From an uncultured Elusimicrobia bacterium (GTDB taxonomy: Bacteria; Elusimicrobiota; Elusimicrobia; UBA1565; UBA9628): a stretch of 57,945 nucleotides of DNA. The position numbers and the translations under genes were made by a program. The stretch covers positions 1-57,945 of the forward strand of contig CAZGVK010000093.1 in assembly GCA_964529095.1 (NCBI GenBank), written 5' to 3'. The notes beneath the pieces were generated by a model. That model made no database searches and was not told the origin of the DNA. It saw only the letters and a program-made list of their open reading frames with translations. This document shows positions 44,885 to 54,380 of the stretch, piece after piece; the first letter of the stretch is position 1; the number at the start of each line of letters is the position of its first letter.

Positions 44885-46144
44885 CTAACGCCCGACGGGG
44901 GACCAGTGAGGAGTGACGCTGACGCCGGGAACATCAGCCATCAAACGCGGCGCTGAACCATCGGCGTCCATCACCCATATCTGGGAGCGGCGGCTTCGTG
45001 TCGAAGAGAATGCCAGGAAGCGTCCGTCGGGTGACCAGGCTGGATCCTCGTTTGCGCCTTCGTTGCGTGTGAGCTGGCGGAGTTGGCCGCCGGTGATGTC
45101 TACGAGGAAGATGTCCATCATGTCCTTGTTGTGGGCGCGGCCGGCGAAGGCGATCCACTCACCTGTCGGCGACCACGCCGGCGCATCGCACCAATTCAGG
45201 TCGGTCAGGCGCGTGATCTTTTTCGTCAAGATGTCGAGGATGTGTATTTGGGGATTTCCGGAGCGGTCTGAAACGAACGCCACTTGGCGCGCGTCAGGGG
45301 AAAACGTCGGTGTGCTGTCGGCGCCGAAGTGGCTTGTCAGGCGCTCCGCCGGACCGTCGGCGATTTTTTTCAAGTAGAGATTGGGGCTCTTGCCCCGCGA
45401 GAGGGTCATTAAAATCAGGGTCCCATCGGGGGAGAATCCGCCGGCGATGTTGAGGCCCTGATCGTGCGAGAATATCTTGGAGTGGCCTGTTTCTAGATCC
45501 AGAAACCATAAGTCCGGGTTGCCGTCTTTGTAGCTCGTGTAGGCGAGGCTCCTCCCATCGGGGGAAAAGCGCGGCAAGAGCGAGATTGAACGATTGTCGG
45601 TCAGGCGCTTGAGGGCGTCGCCATCGTAGTCCATCACCCAGATTTCCTTATGCCCGGTGTGGCTGTTGGCGAAGGCGATGCGCGTGCGCGCAATTCCATC
45701 CCGTCCGGTCGCGGCCTTGACGATGTCGTCGGCGATTCGATGGGCAAGAGCGCGGGTCCAAGAGGCGTCCTGCCGGTAGTAGCGTTCAAATACGGATTGG
45801 CGACCGCCTTCTGCGTTGGCGAGTTGCACATGAACAGAGACCTTGTCGGCGTTTTTGGCGGCTTTGGCTGTCAGGCGCCAAGTGGCGCCCCTGACAGGTT
45901 CGGATGCGTTATTCTCATCGGTCACCTCGAAGCGGCGGGAGAGCATCAAGTCCTGACGCACGATCTCCCGCAGTTTCTTGGCGAGCAACCAGTCAGCGCT
46001 GACTTTGGGATCCTCAGCCTCAAACGGCGGGAGCGCAAGTCCCGGATTCGGCTGGTTGGCAGCGCCTGTCAGCGCCAGCTTGACCTCGGTTGCTGCGGAG
46101 GCAGGCATAGCCAGAAGCAAGGTCAGCAGAAAGGATTGGGTCAT
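44885..46144 (-). CDS. tolB: Tol-Pal system beta-propeller protein TolB
   Basis: 419 aa with a signal peptide. Repeated P.FSPDG..(L/I)AF propeller motifs. Confidence 0.9.
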   Translation of the reverse strand: MTQSFLLTLLLAMPASAATEVKLALTGAANQPNPGLALPPFEAEDPKVSADWLLAKKLREIVRQDLMLSRRFEVTDENNASEPVRGATWRLTAKAAKNADKVSVHVQLANAEGGRQSVFERYYRQDASWTRALAHRIADDIVKAATGRDGIARTRIAFANSHTGHKEIWVMDYDGDALKRLTDNRSISLLPRFSPDGRSLAYTSYKDGNPDLWFLDLETGHSKIFSHDQGLNIAGGFSPDGTLILMTLSRGKSPNLYLKKIADGPAERLTSHFGADSTPTFSPDARQVAFVSDRSGNPQIHILDILTKKITRLTDLNWCDAPAWSPTGEWIAFAGRAHNKDMMDIFLVDITGGQLRQLTRNEGANEDPAWSPDGRFLAFSSTRSRRSQIWVMDADGSAPRLMADVPGVSVTPHWSPVGR

Positions 46145-46908
46145 TTTTGAGGTTTCAGCAGGAGCTTGAGGGCGGCGGCGGTATCCCTGGCCTCAGCGCT
46201 TTTGGGGAAATCCGTCCGCACGGACTCGAGGTAGGCTCGAGCCTCATCGTCGTTTTTCTTGAGATTGATCAATGAGAGCGCGTAGTGCAGGCGCGCGCCC
46301 GGCGTCTGGCCGCTTTTAGGATAGCGCTCAAGGACAAGCGCGAATTCGCGCCCGGACTTTTCCCATAAACCGAGTCCGTAGTAGGCTAGCCCTAGATCGT
46401 AGGTTGCGACGTCGAGGAGGTCTCCTTTGGGAAAATCACGAAGATATTGATCGAAGCCCTTCGCTGCCTGGGCGTGATCTCGGGCCTCCAGTCTTTTTTC
46501 AGCGGTGTAGAACATATCGGTGGCGGCGTTTTCGCGTTTGATTTCGGCGAGCGCCACCTTTTGCTCTTCCAGACCTTTAGTCTGGACTTGACTGATAGTC
46601 TGGCCGAGGGCCGCAACCTTTCCGGAGAGCTGCGCGCCAAGTTCATCGAGCTTGGCCGCGAGCCTGTTCATGTCGCCTCGCGAGGCTTTCACGGTTTCGG
46701 TGTAGGCGGTCAATTCTTCACGGAGCTGCTTGATTGAGACGGACAGATCAGCCTGGTTGGCCTGAAGCGAGCCGACCGTTTTTTTTAGATCCTCGATCTG
46801 AGTTTTAACCTCGTCGGACTGCTGTGAGAGGTCAAGCATGTCCCTCTGAGTGGCGATGCAGGAAGACAGCATCAACGCTAAAACTGCGACACCAGGACCG
46901 TGCCTCAC
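46141..46908 (-). CDS. cpoB: Tol-Pal associated coiled-coil/TPR protein (YbgF/CpoB-like)
   Basis: Start placed at GTG 46908, giving a lipoprotein-like leader (VAVLALMLSSC). A coiled coil is followed by TPR repeats. The start is uncertain. Confidence 0.7.
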   Translation of the reverse strand: MRHGPGVAVLALMLSSCIATQRDMLDLSQQSDEVKTQIEDLKKTVGSLQANQADLSVSIKQLREELTAYTETVKASRGDMNRLAAKLDELGAQLSGKVAALGQTISQVQTKGLEEQKVALAEIKRENAATDMFYTAEKRLEARDHAQAAKGFDQYLRDFPKGDLLDVATYDLGLAYYGLGLWEKSGREFALVLERYPKSGQTPGARLHYALSLINLKKNDDEARAYLESVRTDFPKSAEARDTAAALKLLLKPQK

Positions 46909-46957
46909 AGGCAGCGGCGGCGCCCTACCCGCTCGCCGCCGGAACAATCCTGCGCAT

Positions 46958-47503
46958 TCACTGCGCGGCCGTGTCGGTCTTGGTTCGAACGCCGGTGACG
47001 GCGCGACGGCTTTTCGACCGGCATGCTTCGGTCGCATCGGAACATTCCGGCTGCTCCTTGCCATAGGAAATTGTCGCCACGCGGCCACCATCCACGCCGA
47101 GGCGGATGTAATAGTCGCGAACTTCCTTTGCGCGCTTCTGGCCGAGTGCGAGGTTGTAGGCCACGGTGCCGCGGTCGTCGCAGTGTCCGGAAACAAGGAA
47201 CTCGGAGTCCCTTCGAGTTTTCAGGATCGCCGCGTTGGCCTTGAGGATGTTAAGCGTCTCCACGGAAAGATGAGCGCTGTCGTAGTCAAAACGCACGGGT
47301 TTAATGTCGGGGTCTACCTCGAACCCGGCACCGCGCAGGCTTGCCTCGCTGACATCGATGTCCGGAGGAAGCGGCGCCGCTTCAGAGCTGTCGATTTTTT
47401 CCGTGCCGGCCTTCTCCCCGAGGGCAAGCGGGATCTTCTTCTGCGGCGCCGCGCAGGAGGAAAGCAGAGACGCCGTCAAAACCATAAAAAGAATATTTTT
47501 CAT
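46958..47503 (-). CDS. pal: Peptidoglycan-associated lipoprotein (OmpA-like C-terminal domain)
   Basis: MKNILFMVLTASLLSSC lipobox. The OmpA-like region is GHCDDRGTVAYNLALGQKRA. Confidence 0.9.
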   Translation of the reverse strand: MKNILFMVLTASLLSSCAAPQKKIPLALGEKAGTEKIDSSEAAPLPPDIDVSEASLRGAGFEVDPDIKPVRFDYDSAHLSVETLNILKANAAILKTRRDSEFLVSGHCDDRGTVAYNLALGQKRAKEVRDYYIRLGVDGGRVATISYGKEQPECSDATEACRSKSRRAVTGVRTKTDTAAQ

Positions 47504-47543
47504 GGCGGTATTATACAAAAATAGTTAGGGCGGGATGCCGCGA

Positions 47544-48551
47544 TTACGAGTTGCTCGAGCTTTCCGAAACCGTCTTTGCGATGACGCCGCCCATCGGCCC
47601 TATGTCGTAGCAAATGGGGCGGCAGGTTTCGATGTTCACGGTCATGATCTGTTCGGGCGTAAGACCCTCCAGGTTCATGACGATGGCACGCAGCGAGTTG
47701 CCGTGTGCGGAGACAAGAACGTTCTTGCCTGCCGCGGCTACGGGCAGTATCGATTGACGGAAATAGGGGACTGTCCGGTCTGCGGTATCCCTCAGGCTTT
47801 CTCCGTTCGGGGGCTTCACATCAAAGGAGCGCCGCCAAATATGCACTTGCCGCTCGCCGAATTTATCCTTGGTTTCAGCTTTATTGAGTCCTTGCAGATC
47901 CCCGTAATGCCGCTCATTGAGGGCCTTGTCCTTCTCGATCGGAATATTTTTTTGGCCGAGATCGTCTAAGATGATCTCCAAAGTCTGGTTCGCGCGCTTG
48001 AGTTCCGAAACGAAGGCGCGGTCAAAGCGTATTCCCATCAGTTCTCGGCCGGCGCGATGCGCCTCCTGCTCTCCGAGCGCTGTAATCGGAACGTCCACCC
48101 AGCCCGTAAATCTGTTTTCCAGGTTCCACAGAGACTGTCCGTGCCGGAGAAGAATGAGCTTGCCCGTGCGAGAGGCCTCTTGCGGTTCCGCGAGCATCTC
48201 GCGGATGGCGCGGCGGAAATCTTCGAGCTTGACCGGCTTGGGCAGGAATCGAGCGCCGGTCTGATCGGACACCTCGCTCATGATGCGCGCGGGATCGGCT
48301 TCTCCGCTCATAAACAGGATCGGGGTGTGCCGGGTGGCGTTGTTGCGCCGCAGGGACTCGAACAGATGGGCGCCGGTGTTGCCCGGCATGTGATAGTCAA
48401 GGACGATCAGATCCGGCTCGGCCTTGCGGGCCATCTGCATGCCCGATACCGGCTCACCGGCTGAGAAGACCTCGTGACCAGCCTGCTTGAGTATTTCGGC
48501 GAGGAGGGCGACGATCTCCAAATCGTCGTCGATGATCAGAACCCGAGCCAT
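47544..48551 (-). CDS. Response-regulator receiver domain fused to a 2,3-BPG-dependent phosphoglycerate mutase (histidine phosphatase) domain
   Basis: 335 aa. REC features are VLIIDDD, LIVLDYHMPG and LPKP. The following dPGM features are LLRHGQSLWNLENRFTGWVDV, LKRA, NERHYGDLQGLNK, IWRRSFD and SAHGNSLRA. Confidence 0.85.
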   Translation of the reverse strand: MARVLIIDDDLEIVALLAEILKQAGHEVFSAGEPVSGMQMARKAEPDLIVLDYHMPGNTGAHLFESLRRNNATRHTPILFMSGEADPARIMSEVSDQTGARFLPKPVKLEDFRRAIREMLAEPQEASRTGKLILLRHGQSLWNLENRFTGWVDVPITALGEQEAHRAGRELMGIRFDRAFVSELKRANQTLEIILDDLGQKNIPIEKDKALNERHYGDLQGLNKAETKDKFGERQVHIWRRSFDVKPPNGESLRDTADRTVPYFRQSILPVAAAGKNVLVSAHGNSLRAIVMNLEGLTPEQIMTVNIETCRPICYDIGPMGGVIAKTVSESSSNS

Positions 48552-48590
48552 GCGGCCGCATGATATCTTTTTTTTGCGAACTCGACAGAA

Positions 48591-49553
48591 TTATGCGGAA
48601 ATCCGCCATGTTTTTGCGTAGGCACGGGTGATGTTGGCGCTATGGTGGCGCACGCTTGCCTTGGAAGTTTTCATCTTGAACATGGCGGAGTCAGCCGCGC
48701 GCACAAACTCGGAGACGTCTCCCGAGGAGGGCAATTGCGCCACGCCCCAGCTCGCAGTGACGCCATCCTGAGCCAGCGGCTCGGTGGCTCTTACGATGCG
48801 ATGCGCGACTCGTGCGCCCTTGACCGCGGTCGTTCCCGGCAGAAGCAGGACGAACTCATCGCCGCCATAGCGGAAGCATAGGTCCACCTCGCGGCGCACG
48901 CTGTTGCCGATGGCCGTCGAGAAATCCCGAAGAATTCGGTCACCTTCAAGATGGCCGCGCCTGTCGTTGATCTGCTTGAAGCCGTCGAGGTCGAATAGGA
49001 TGATGGACAAAGGCTCGCCCTGCCGGCGCGCGCGCGCGGCCTCCATGCGCAGACGGTCATGGAAGTGGCGATGGTTATAGAGACCGGTCAGATCGTCGGT
49101 ACGGGTCATCTCGCGCAGGCGGCGTTCGAGTTCGACGCGCTCGCTGATATCTTTGGCAATGCCGAGCGTTCCGATCACGCGGCTGTGAGCGTCCTTAAGA
49201 TAAGAAAGCGACATGCTGATGTGGAGCACGCGATGAGCGGAGGCTTTCACTCGCATCTCGTGGTTGTGCACGCGCCCGTCAACGCTTTTACGCAACAAGT
49301 CCATGAGGCGCTTGGCGGCAACGCGGCCCTCGACGTAGAAATCATGAGCAGGGCGACCGATCGCCTCCGTAGCGGTGATGCCGAGCATCGTTTCCGCGCC
49401 GGGTGAAAAATACATAACGCGGCCCGTAATATCCGTCGTGCAAATAAGATCGCCGGAGGATGCGACTATCGCCTCAAAATACTCCTTGACCCTGATGAAA
49501 TCTGTCGAAAGCGCGATCAGCGGTCCTTGAGGACGGTTGGCGATGATAGGCAT
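48591..49553 (-). CDS. PAS-domain diguanylate cyclase (GGDEF)
   Basis: 320 aa. PAS-like N-terminus and an RYGGDEF active site, with an RxxD-like site upstream. Confidence 0.85.
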   Translation of the reverse strand: MPIIANRPQGPLIALSTDFIRVKEYFEAIVASSGDLICTTDITGRVMYFSPGAETMLGITATEAIGRPAHDFYVEGRVAAKRLMDLLRKSVDGRVHNHEMRVKASAHRVLHISMSLSYLKDAHSRVIGTLGIAKDISERVELERRLREMTRTDDLTGLYNHRHFHDRLRMEAARARRQGEPLSIILFDLDGFKQINDRRGHLEGDRILRDFSTAIGNSVRREVDLCFRYGGDEFVLLLPGTTAVKGARVAHRIVRATEPLAQDGVTASWGVAQLPSSGDVSEFVRAADSAMFKMKTSKASVRHHSANITRAYAKTWRISA

Positions 49554-49643
49554 GACATAAATTTAACAGCCCGGGATGGTTAATAGCAGGGACTTAGGGC
49601 CTGTGGGCGGGGGGGCCAAAAGGCCCAGGGTGAAACGGATGGC

Positions 49644-50498
49644 TCATCGTCCGGACTTGAAGCCGCGCGCCATCATGAACTCGTAGGGGATGTTGATGCC
49701 CGCGCCGACCAAATTTTTAGCGGCGCGGCGGAGAACGGTTTTCTTGACCCAGGCTTGGCCTTTCTCGTCAAGATTTTTCAATAGAGCTCCAGTGCGGCCG
49801 CTCCCCGTGGTCATCGTCGTCCAGTAATCCTCGGGGGAGGAGAAACGGAAGGCGCCCGTGAGGCGCTTGGTCGATATTTCACGAAGGCCCGCGCGCGCGA
49901 AAGCGGCGTCGAGGATGCCGTCGGGGCCAAACGTATAAAGGGTAGGAGCGCCCTCGGGCGCTCTCAATGCCGGATCGCGCTCGATGATCGCGTGCAATAT
50001 GAGGGAGGTAAACAGCATCTTCTCACGACGGCCCTGGACGAGGCAGGCGACAGCGCCGCCGGGCTTGGCGACGCGTGTCATTTCCGAAAGCGCTTGGTCA
50101 GGGGAGGCGAACAGCATGAGACCGAGCTGAGAAATCACGGCGTCAAACAAGTTGTTCTCAAGCGTGAGCGCGTGTGCGTCCATCTCGGCGTATACAATCG
50201 AGGCTGCGCGCCTGGCGACGGGTGCTAGTTTCGCGCGGGCGAGCATTCCCGGCGCCAAATCAACTGCGAGTATGCTGCCATGCTCAGCGACCTTGACTGC
50301 GGCAGCGCGGCTTGCCACGCCCGGGCCGCAGGCGACATCAAGAACCCTCCACTTCTTGCGCAGGCCGACGAACTCCACAAATTGCTCGGACATGCGCGCG
50401 AACAGCGAGTTGGACAGCTTCTCATAGCGTTCCGCGGCTTCGTTCCAGGCGGCGCGCGATTCGGCGGTGTGGGCGGCGGGGTCAAAATCATTGATCAT
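49644..50498 (-). CDS. Class I SAM-dependent methyltransferase
   Basis: 284 aa. VLDVACGPG motif I and the methyltransferase fold pattern. Confidence 0.8.
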   Translation of the reverse strand: MINDFDPAAHTAESRAAWNEAAERYEKLSNSLFARMSEQFVEFVGLRKKWRVLDVACGPGVASRAAAVKVAEHGSILAVDLAPGMLARAKLAPVARRAASIVYAEMDAHALTLENNLFDAVISQLGLMLFASPDQALSEMTRVAKPGGAVACLVQGRREKMLFTSLILHAIIERDPALRAPEGAPTLYTFGPDGILDAAFARAGLREISTKRLTGAFRFSSPEDYWTTMTTGSGRTGALLKNLDEKGQAWVKKTVLRRAAKNLVGAGINIPYEFMMARGFKSGR

Positions 50499-50505
50499 CG
50501 CCTAA

Positions 50506-50694
50506 TTATATGACTTGCGGCGGTTCGCAAGAGGGAAATAAAGTATTCCCACCGCTCGGGTTGTGTTTCAATTCTACCGAGCGCCCCGGCTTGAGCCGTC
50601 CCCTGAAATCTCCGCCACCGCAGGTCGTGCAAGGGATATTCATGCACCAGTTATTGCGCGTCGCTTCGGCCACCAGCTGAGAGAACAAGTTCAT
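50506..50694 (-). CDS. Hypothetical 62-aa ORF (Cys-rich IPCTTCGGG)
   Basis: ATGA overlap with the upstream remnant. No family recognised, and it may itself be a fragment. Confidence 0.25.
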   Translation of the reverse strand: MNLFSQLVAEATRNNWCMNIPCTTCGGGDFRGRLKPGRSVELKHNPSGGNTLFPSCEPPQVI

Positions 50695-51125
50695 AATCCG
50701 CGTTCTAGAAACTGTTCCACGGAAAGGTCGGCATTTTCTCCGCCGATGAGAACCGGCCTCGTTTCCGGATAGCGACTCAGGAACGTTTTTAAGCCTGGCG
50801 TAGGGTGTCCGTCTCCGACCGTAACCTCCACCGCCAGCAGGTCCTTGCCGCGCTGCACGATAAAATCAACTTCTTTGTCTTTTCTCTCGGACCAATAAAA
50901 GACGCTGTCCCCGGCGTTGAGGAACGCCGCGCCGACGGCATTTTCTACGAGGCGACCGTAGAATGGGCGGTCCTCCATTGTCTCCTTAAAAGGCACTCCC
51001 CGCAGGGCCGTGACGATCGCGTTGTTGCGTGCGATGAGTTTGGGACTGGATGCCCGGACACGAATGGCGCGCGGACTATACTTGCGGACTGGTTCGACGA
51101 GGAACGCGCCTTTCGGTCGCTCTTA
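50691..51125 (-). pseudogene. C-terminal stub of a DUF4143-type AAA ATPase
   Basis: The frame is open from a TAA near 51128. ..SPKLIARNNAIVTALRG..FYGRLVENAV..EVDFIV..AVEV matches only the C-terminal third of these roughly 400-aa ATPases. The N-terminal ATPase part is absent. Confidence 0.6.
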
Positions 51126-51262
51126 TTTTAGAGTGCCTGTCCAACGGTATGACCCTCAAGGATATCGATGACAGCTTCGATCGTTCCTTCCCGCATGAGG
51201 CCCTCCCTGAGGTTCTGAAAGTCGCCGCGGAAGCGGCGAACTCCATCCATGTGGTTGCTTGA
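51050..51262 (+). CDS. DUF433-like protein, probably 5'-truncated
   Basis: RRGTRLSVALILECLSNGMTLKDIDDSF fits the DUF433 core. The 5' 75 nt overlap the ATPase stub on the other strand, so the listed ATG is doubtful. Confidence 0.5.
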   Translation: MPGHEWRADYTCGLVRRGTRLSVALILECLSNGMTLKDIDDSFDRSFPHEALPEVLKVAAEAANSIHVVA

Positions 51263-51517
51263 CGCCAACATGGACGTGCATCTGCTTTCGCTCCTTGAGC
51301 AATTGGGAGTGGAATGCCAGGCCACGACTCGGCGCGGCTGGCAGGCCTTGAATAATGGCGATCTGGTTTCAGCTGCGGTTGAGGCTGGTTTTTCCTGCGT
51401 GCTGACGCAGGATCGCCTCTTCGGAGAAGCTGCGGCGCGGGCGCTCAAGGCGCATCCGCGCTTGCGGTGGTCGTCATCCATCTTGCGCAGCTTCCTTCGA
51501 CACCCGATCCTCCGTGA
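51249..51517 (+). pseudogene. DUF5615-like (PIN-like) gene with an apparent frameshift near 51460
   Basis: MWLLDANMDVHLL...GFSCVLTQDRLFG fits DUF5615. After KAHPR the family-like continuation LAVVVIHLAQLP.. is in the -1 frame and stops at 51517. The 176-aa track ORF runs on in a non-protein-like frame. Confidence 0.45.
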
Positions 51518-52131
51518 TTATCGCGATGGGAACCAGCGGGGTCTGGCAGGAGGGGCAGAGCAGAGGATAGATCTCAAAGACCCGCCGAAGGCACACGGCC
51601 CACGATTTGGCCGCGGCGCTCGCTCGCCTTGCGCAGAACCCGCTCCGCTCCAGCCAGCGCCGCGCGGATGCCCGCCGTGGGCACGCCTTCGAGAAGCTCC
51701 TCGCAGGAAACCTTCTCCCGTACTGCTCGCGTCACGGCGGGACATGAGCAGCGACCTCGGTGCCAGTGCCCCATGGTAGTCTCCTACTTCGTGCCGAATT
51801 AGAGAAAAACTGGCGGGGATGGCGGGAGTAAAGCAGGAAAATTTTAATCGCCCCACCTGTTCCAAAATCCGAAGAAACGCATTTTATCCCTTCTATGGAC
51901 CTCACCTGGACCCTGGAGTGGGGTCGGATCACCAACGGGGAACTGGTAGCCATCGATGCAGCCTGTGTTCCCATCATCTCGCTATCGAGCTTCTATCCGG
52001 GACTTTTGGCGAAAGTTTGAATCCCATGGTTTACAGAACGGCGGGAGAAAAACGTAAACGCTTCCGATGTCCGAGTTATGCTGGCTGCACGTTATTATGC
52101 CTTTACACGGGCAAGAGTAGCTTTGGGAAAC

Positions 52132-52827
52132 TTAGGCAGATTTATAATTCTCGTGGATCAATAGATCCTCATAGAAGGCACCAAAGGGATTATCCGGATG
52201 ACAGATTTGGATCTCCAGCATCCATGCATCTGGAGAGGGTGCAAAGCCAACCTCGGCGAGGCCGCCTTTGAAGTAGATGGCATGAGGAAAGTCGGATAAG
52301 CGATGGCCATTGGCGCGCAGGTTGAGTCTCCAGCCTAGCTCCTCTGTTTTTCGGACTGCGAAATCATAGAGCCCCTTCCCCGTTTCGTGCTCTCTGCACC
52401 AGCGCTCCTTAACTGCGTTGAAAATCGTTTTGACATCGGCTTGACACCGCTTCATCTCCTTATCGAAGCCAGTGACAAAGGTACTGCCAGCGTCGCCCTC
52501 GTAGCCACCCCAAACGGGGCCAATGTCAATGAAAAAAATGTCCTCCTCCTTGAGATGCGCTCCACGAGTGGACAGGACCCCGTACGGCTTCAGAGTATTG
52601 ACGCCGAAACGGATCCATGGTCGATGCCAATTCTTGGCGGAACCCATCCCATTTAAGATCGTCCTGGCCGCCTCATAGGCATCCTCCTCCAGCATGCCAA
52701 CATGGATTGCCTGTGCTATCCGCTCCACAGCCCTCCAGGTCGTGGCTCGGGCAGCCATGAGCACCTCGCGGTTGAACCCGGGCCCGGTTTTTTCGACTTG
52801 TCGATCCTGAACTATCATCACTCTCAC
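52132..52827 (-). CDS. M24 (creatinase/aminopeptidase fold) family protein
   Basis: 231 aa with a pita-bread-like pattern (FFIDIGPVWGGYEGDAGSTF). Metal ligands not verified. Confidence 0.55.
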   Translation of the reverse strand: MRVMIVQDRQVEKTGPGFNREVLMAARATTWRAVERIAQAIHVGMLEEDAYEAARTILNGMGSAKNWHRPWIRFGVNTLKPYGVLSTRGAHLKEEDIFFIDIGPVWGGYEGDAGSTFVTGFDKEMKRCQADVKTIFNAVKERWCREHETGKGLYDFAVRKTEELGWRLNLRANGHRLSDFPHAIYFKGGLAEVGFAPSPDAWMLEIQICHPDNPFGAFYEDLLIHENYKSA

Positions 52828-52852
52828 ATTCTACCACTGAGGGGGAAGCGCT

Positions 52853-53545
52853 TCAAAGAGCCATGCTGTTAATGCTCTCTTTCTGGAGTCGGTCCAGAAA
52901 ATGACGTAGCTCTTCGACCCGATCCTGCGCTATTTTTCGCGCGGCCGGAGTTGAAAGAGACTGGGGTAGGTCCGTCTGCCATTTTTCTAACCGCTCAAGA
53001 CCATCCTTTAAGGTTGGTGCCCAGCCATTGTCACGGCCACCCGTTGAGAAAACACGCACGGCTCCAATGGCTCCGAGGCCATCCAGGGTGTCCGCATCGC
53101 GAAAGACAATCGCCTCGGGGCTGCTCCCAGGTTTTGAGTAGTACATGTGATGAAGAATCGTTTCCACGAGTGCCGATTGCTTTCCCATTGGGAATCCGGC
53201 GTCCTTCAAGATGGGCTCCATAACCTGCACGGCCCGGGGCTCATGCTTCATGCTCTCTTTTGCGAAAGGCTCCTGTGCGCCGATGTCATGCAGGAGCGCG
53301 GCCGCGAATAGAACGTCCGAGTCAACGACTAGGTTCTCCTCTTTGGCCAGTCTGAGCGAGAGTAGGTAGTCGCGTTCGGAATGCGCTAGGCCCCAGGCAG
53401 TATGAGTCGAATGCTTTTGCGCAAACCGATAGAGATTTGCTTTCCAAGAAGCGTCTAAAGGAATGCCCGCGCGAGTAGTCTCAGCCCCAAAAACTGTACA
53501 GCATGGATTTAACATCAACGTCAGAGCGACCGTTAATCGATTCAT
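52853..53545 (-). CDS. HD-domain phosphohydrolase
   Basis: 230 aa. AALLHDIG HD motif and further His/Asp motifs downstream. Confidence 0.75.
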   Translation of the reverse strand: MNRLTVALTLMLNPCCTVFGAETTRAGIPLDASWKANLYRFAQKHSTHTAWGLAHSERDYLLSLRLAKEENLVVDSDVLFAAALLHDIGAQEPFAKESMKHEPRAVQVMEPILKDAGFPMGKQSALVETILHHMYYSKPGSSPEAIVFRDADTLDGLGAIGAVRVFSTGGRDNGWAPTLKDGLERLEKWQTDLPQSLSTPAARKIAQDRVEELRHFLDRLQKESINSMAL

Positions 53546-53560
53546 TGCTCCCCCTTAGAT

Positions 53561-54364
53561 TTACTGTGTGGGATCGAAGGTCACGCGTCCGGTATCGACA
53601 TCGAAGATGGCGGACACTAATAGTATCTCGCCGCGAGCGAGCTGCTCTCGAAGCAACGGGCTGTTCCGCCGAATTTGCTCAGCGCTCTGCACGGCGTTCG
53701 TGTAACTCACCTCCGCGATATAGCGGCTATTAGCGGCTGTTCGTTCGCCGACCGCTTTGGCCCTCGCCGGGTCGGCGTCGAGCCGTGTCTGGGCAGAAGC
53801 GATCGCCGGTTTTATTTTCTCCAACAGTTGCGTTAAATGACCCATCTGGACGCCGCTGCATGCGGCCTTGACGCCTCCGCAGTTGGTGTGTCCGAGGACG
53901 ACGATTACCTTGGCCCCGGACTCCGCAGCGATCTCCAAACTACCCAGCACGTCATCGTTGATGATGTTGGCTCCGACTCGGACGGTAAAGAGGTCTCCGA
54001 CCGAAGTGTCGAATACGATTTCCGGAGCTGTCCGCGAATCAATGCATGACAGCACGGCGGCCAGCGGACGCTGTCCAGCGGCGGCGACTCGCAGCCGTTT
54101 GCGTGGGTCCGTTGGAAATCCACCGTGATTCGGCTCTCCCGCTGCGAACCGGTCATTGCCGGCTCGCAGCCAAGCTAGGACGGTCTTTGGCGTGGCGTCA
54201 GCCTGCCGTTGACGATACGAGTTCACGGCTGCGTCCTGATTTTTAGCCGCGGCCACGGGTTCCGCGTGGACTGAGCGCCCCAGACCAAGGCTCAGAAGGA
54301 ACGCGCTGAACACTAGACCGAAAACGGTGCGCCTAGCGAGAGGTGCTGTCGATCTAATAGGCAT
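53561..54364 (-). CDS. Beta-class carbonic anhydrase, exported
   Basis: 267 aa with a signal-like N-terminus. CIDSR and GHTNCGG zinc-ligand motifs. Confidence 0.85.
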   Translation of the reverse strand: MPIRSTAPLARRTVFGLVFSAFLLSLGLGRSVHAEPVAAAKNQDAAVNSYRQRQADATPKTVLAWLRAGNDRFAAGEPNHGGFPTDPRKRLRVAAAGQRPLAAVLSCIDSRTAPEIVFDTSVGDLFTVRVGANIINDDVLGSLEIAAESGAKVIVVLGHTNCGGVKAACSGVQMGHLTQLLEKIKPAIASAQTRLDADPARAKAVGERTAANSRYIAEVSYTNAVQSAEQIRRNSPLLREQLARGEILLVSAIFDVDTGRVTFDPTQ

Positions 54365-54380
54365 GATTCTCTATATCCTC

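Noticed and set aside
44750-44956. A 68-aa plus-strand ORF with a strong GAGGAGG site, convergent with tolB.
   Set aside because: It overlaps the conserved 3' end of tolB by about 70 nt. It is highly charged and low in complexity (RR/EE runs). It might be real, but support is insufficient to call it.
51518-52271. ORFs of 66-150 aa on both strands in the gap between the DUF5615 remnant and the M24-like gene.
   Set aside because: They have no ribosome-binding sites, mutually overlapping frames, and no recognisable motifs. The region is treated as non-coding or decayed DNA.
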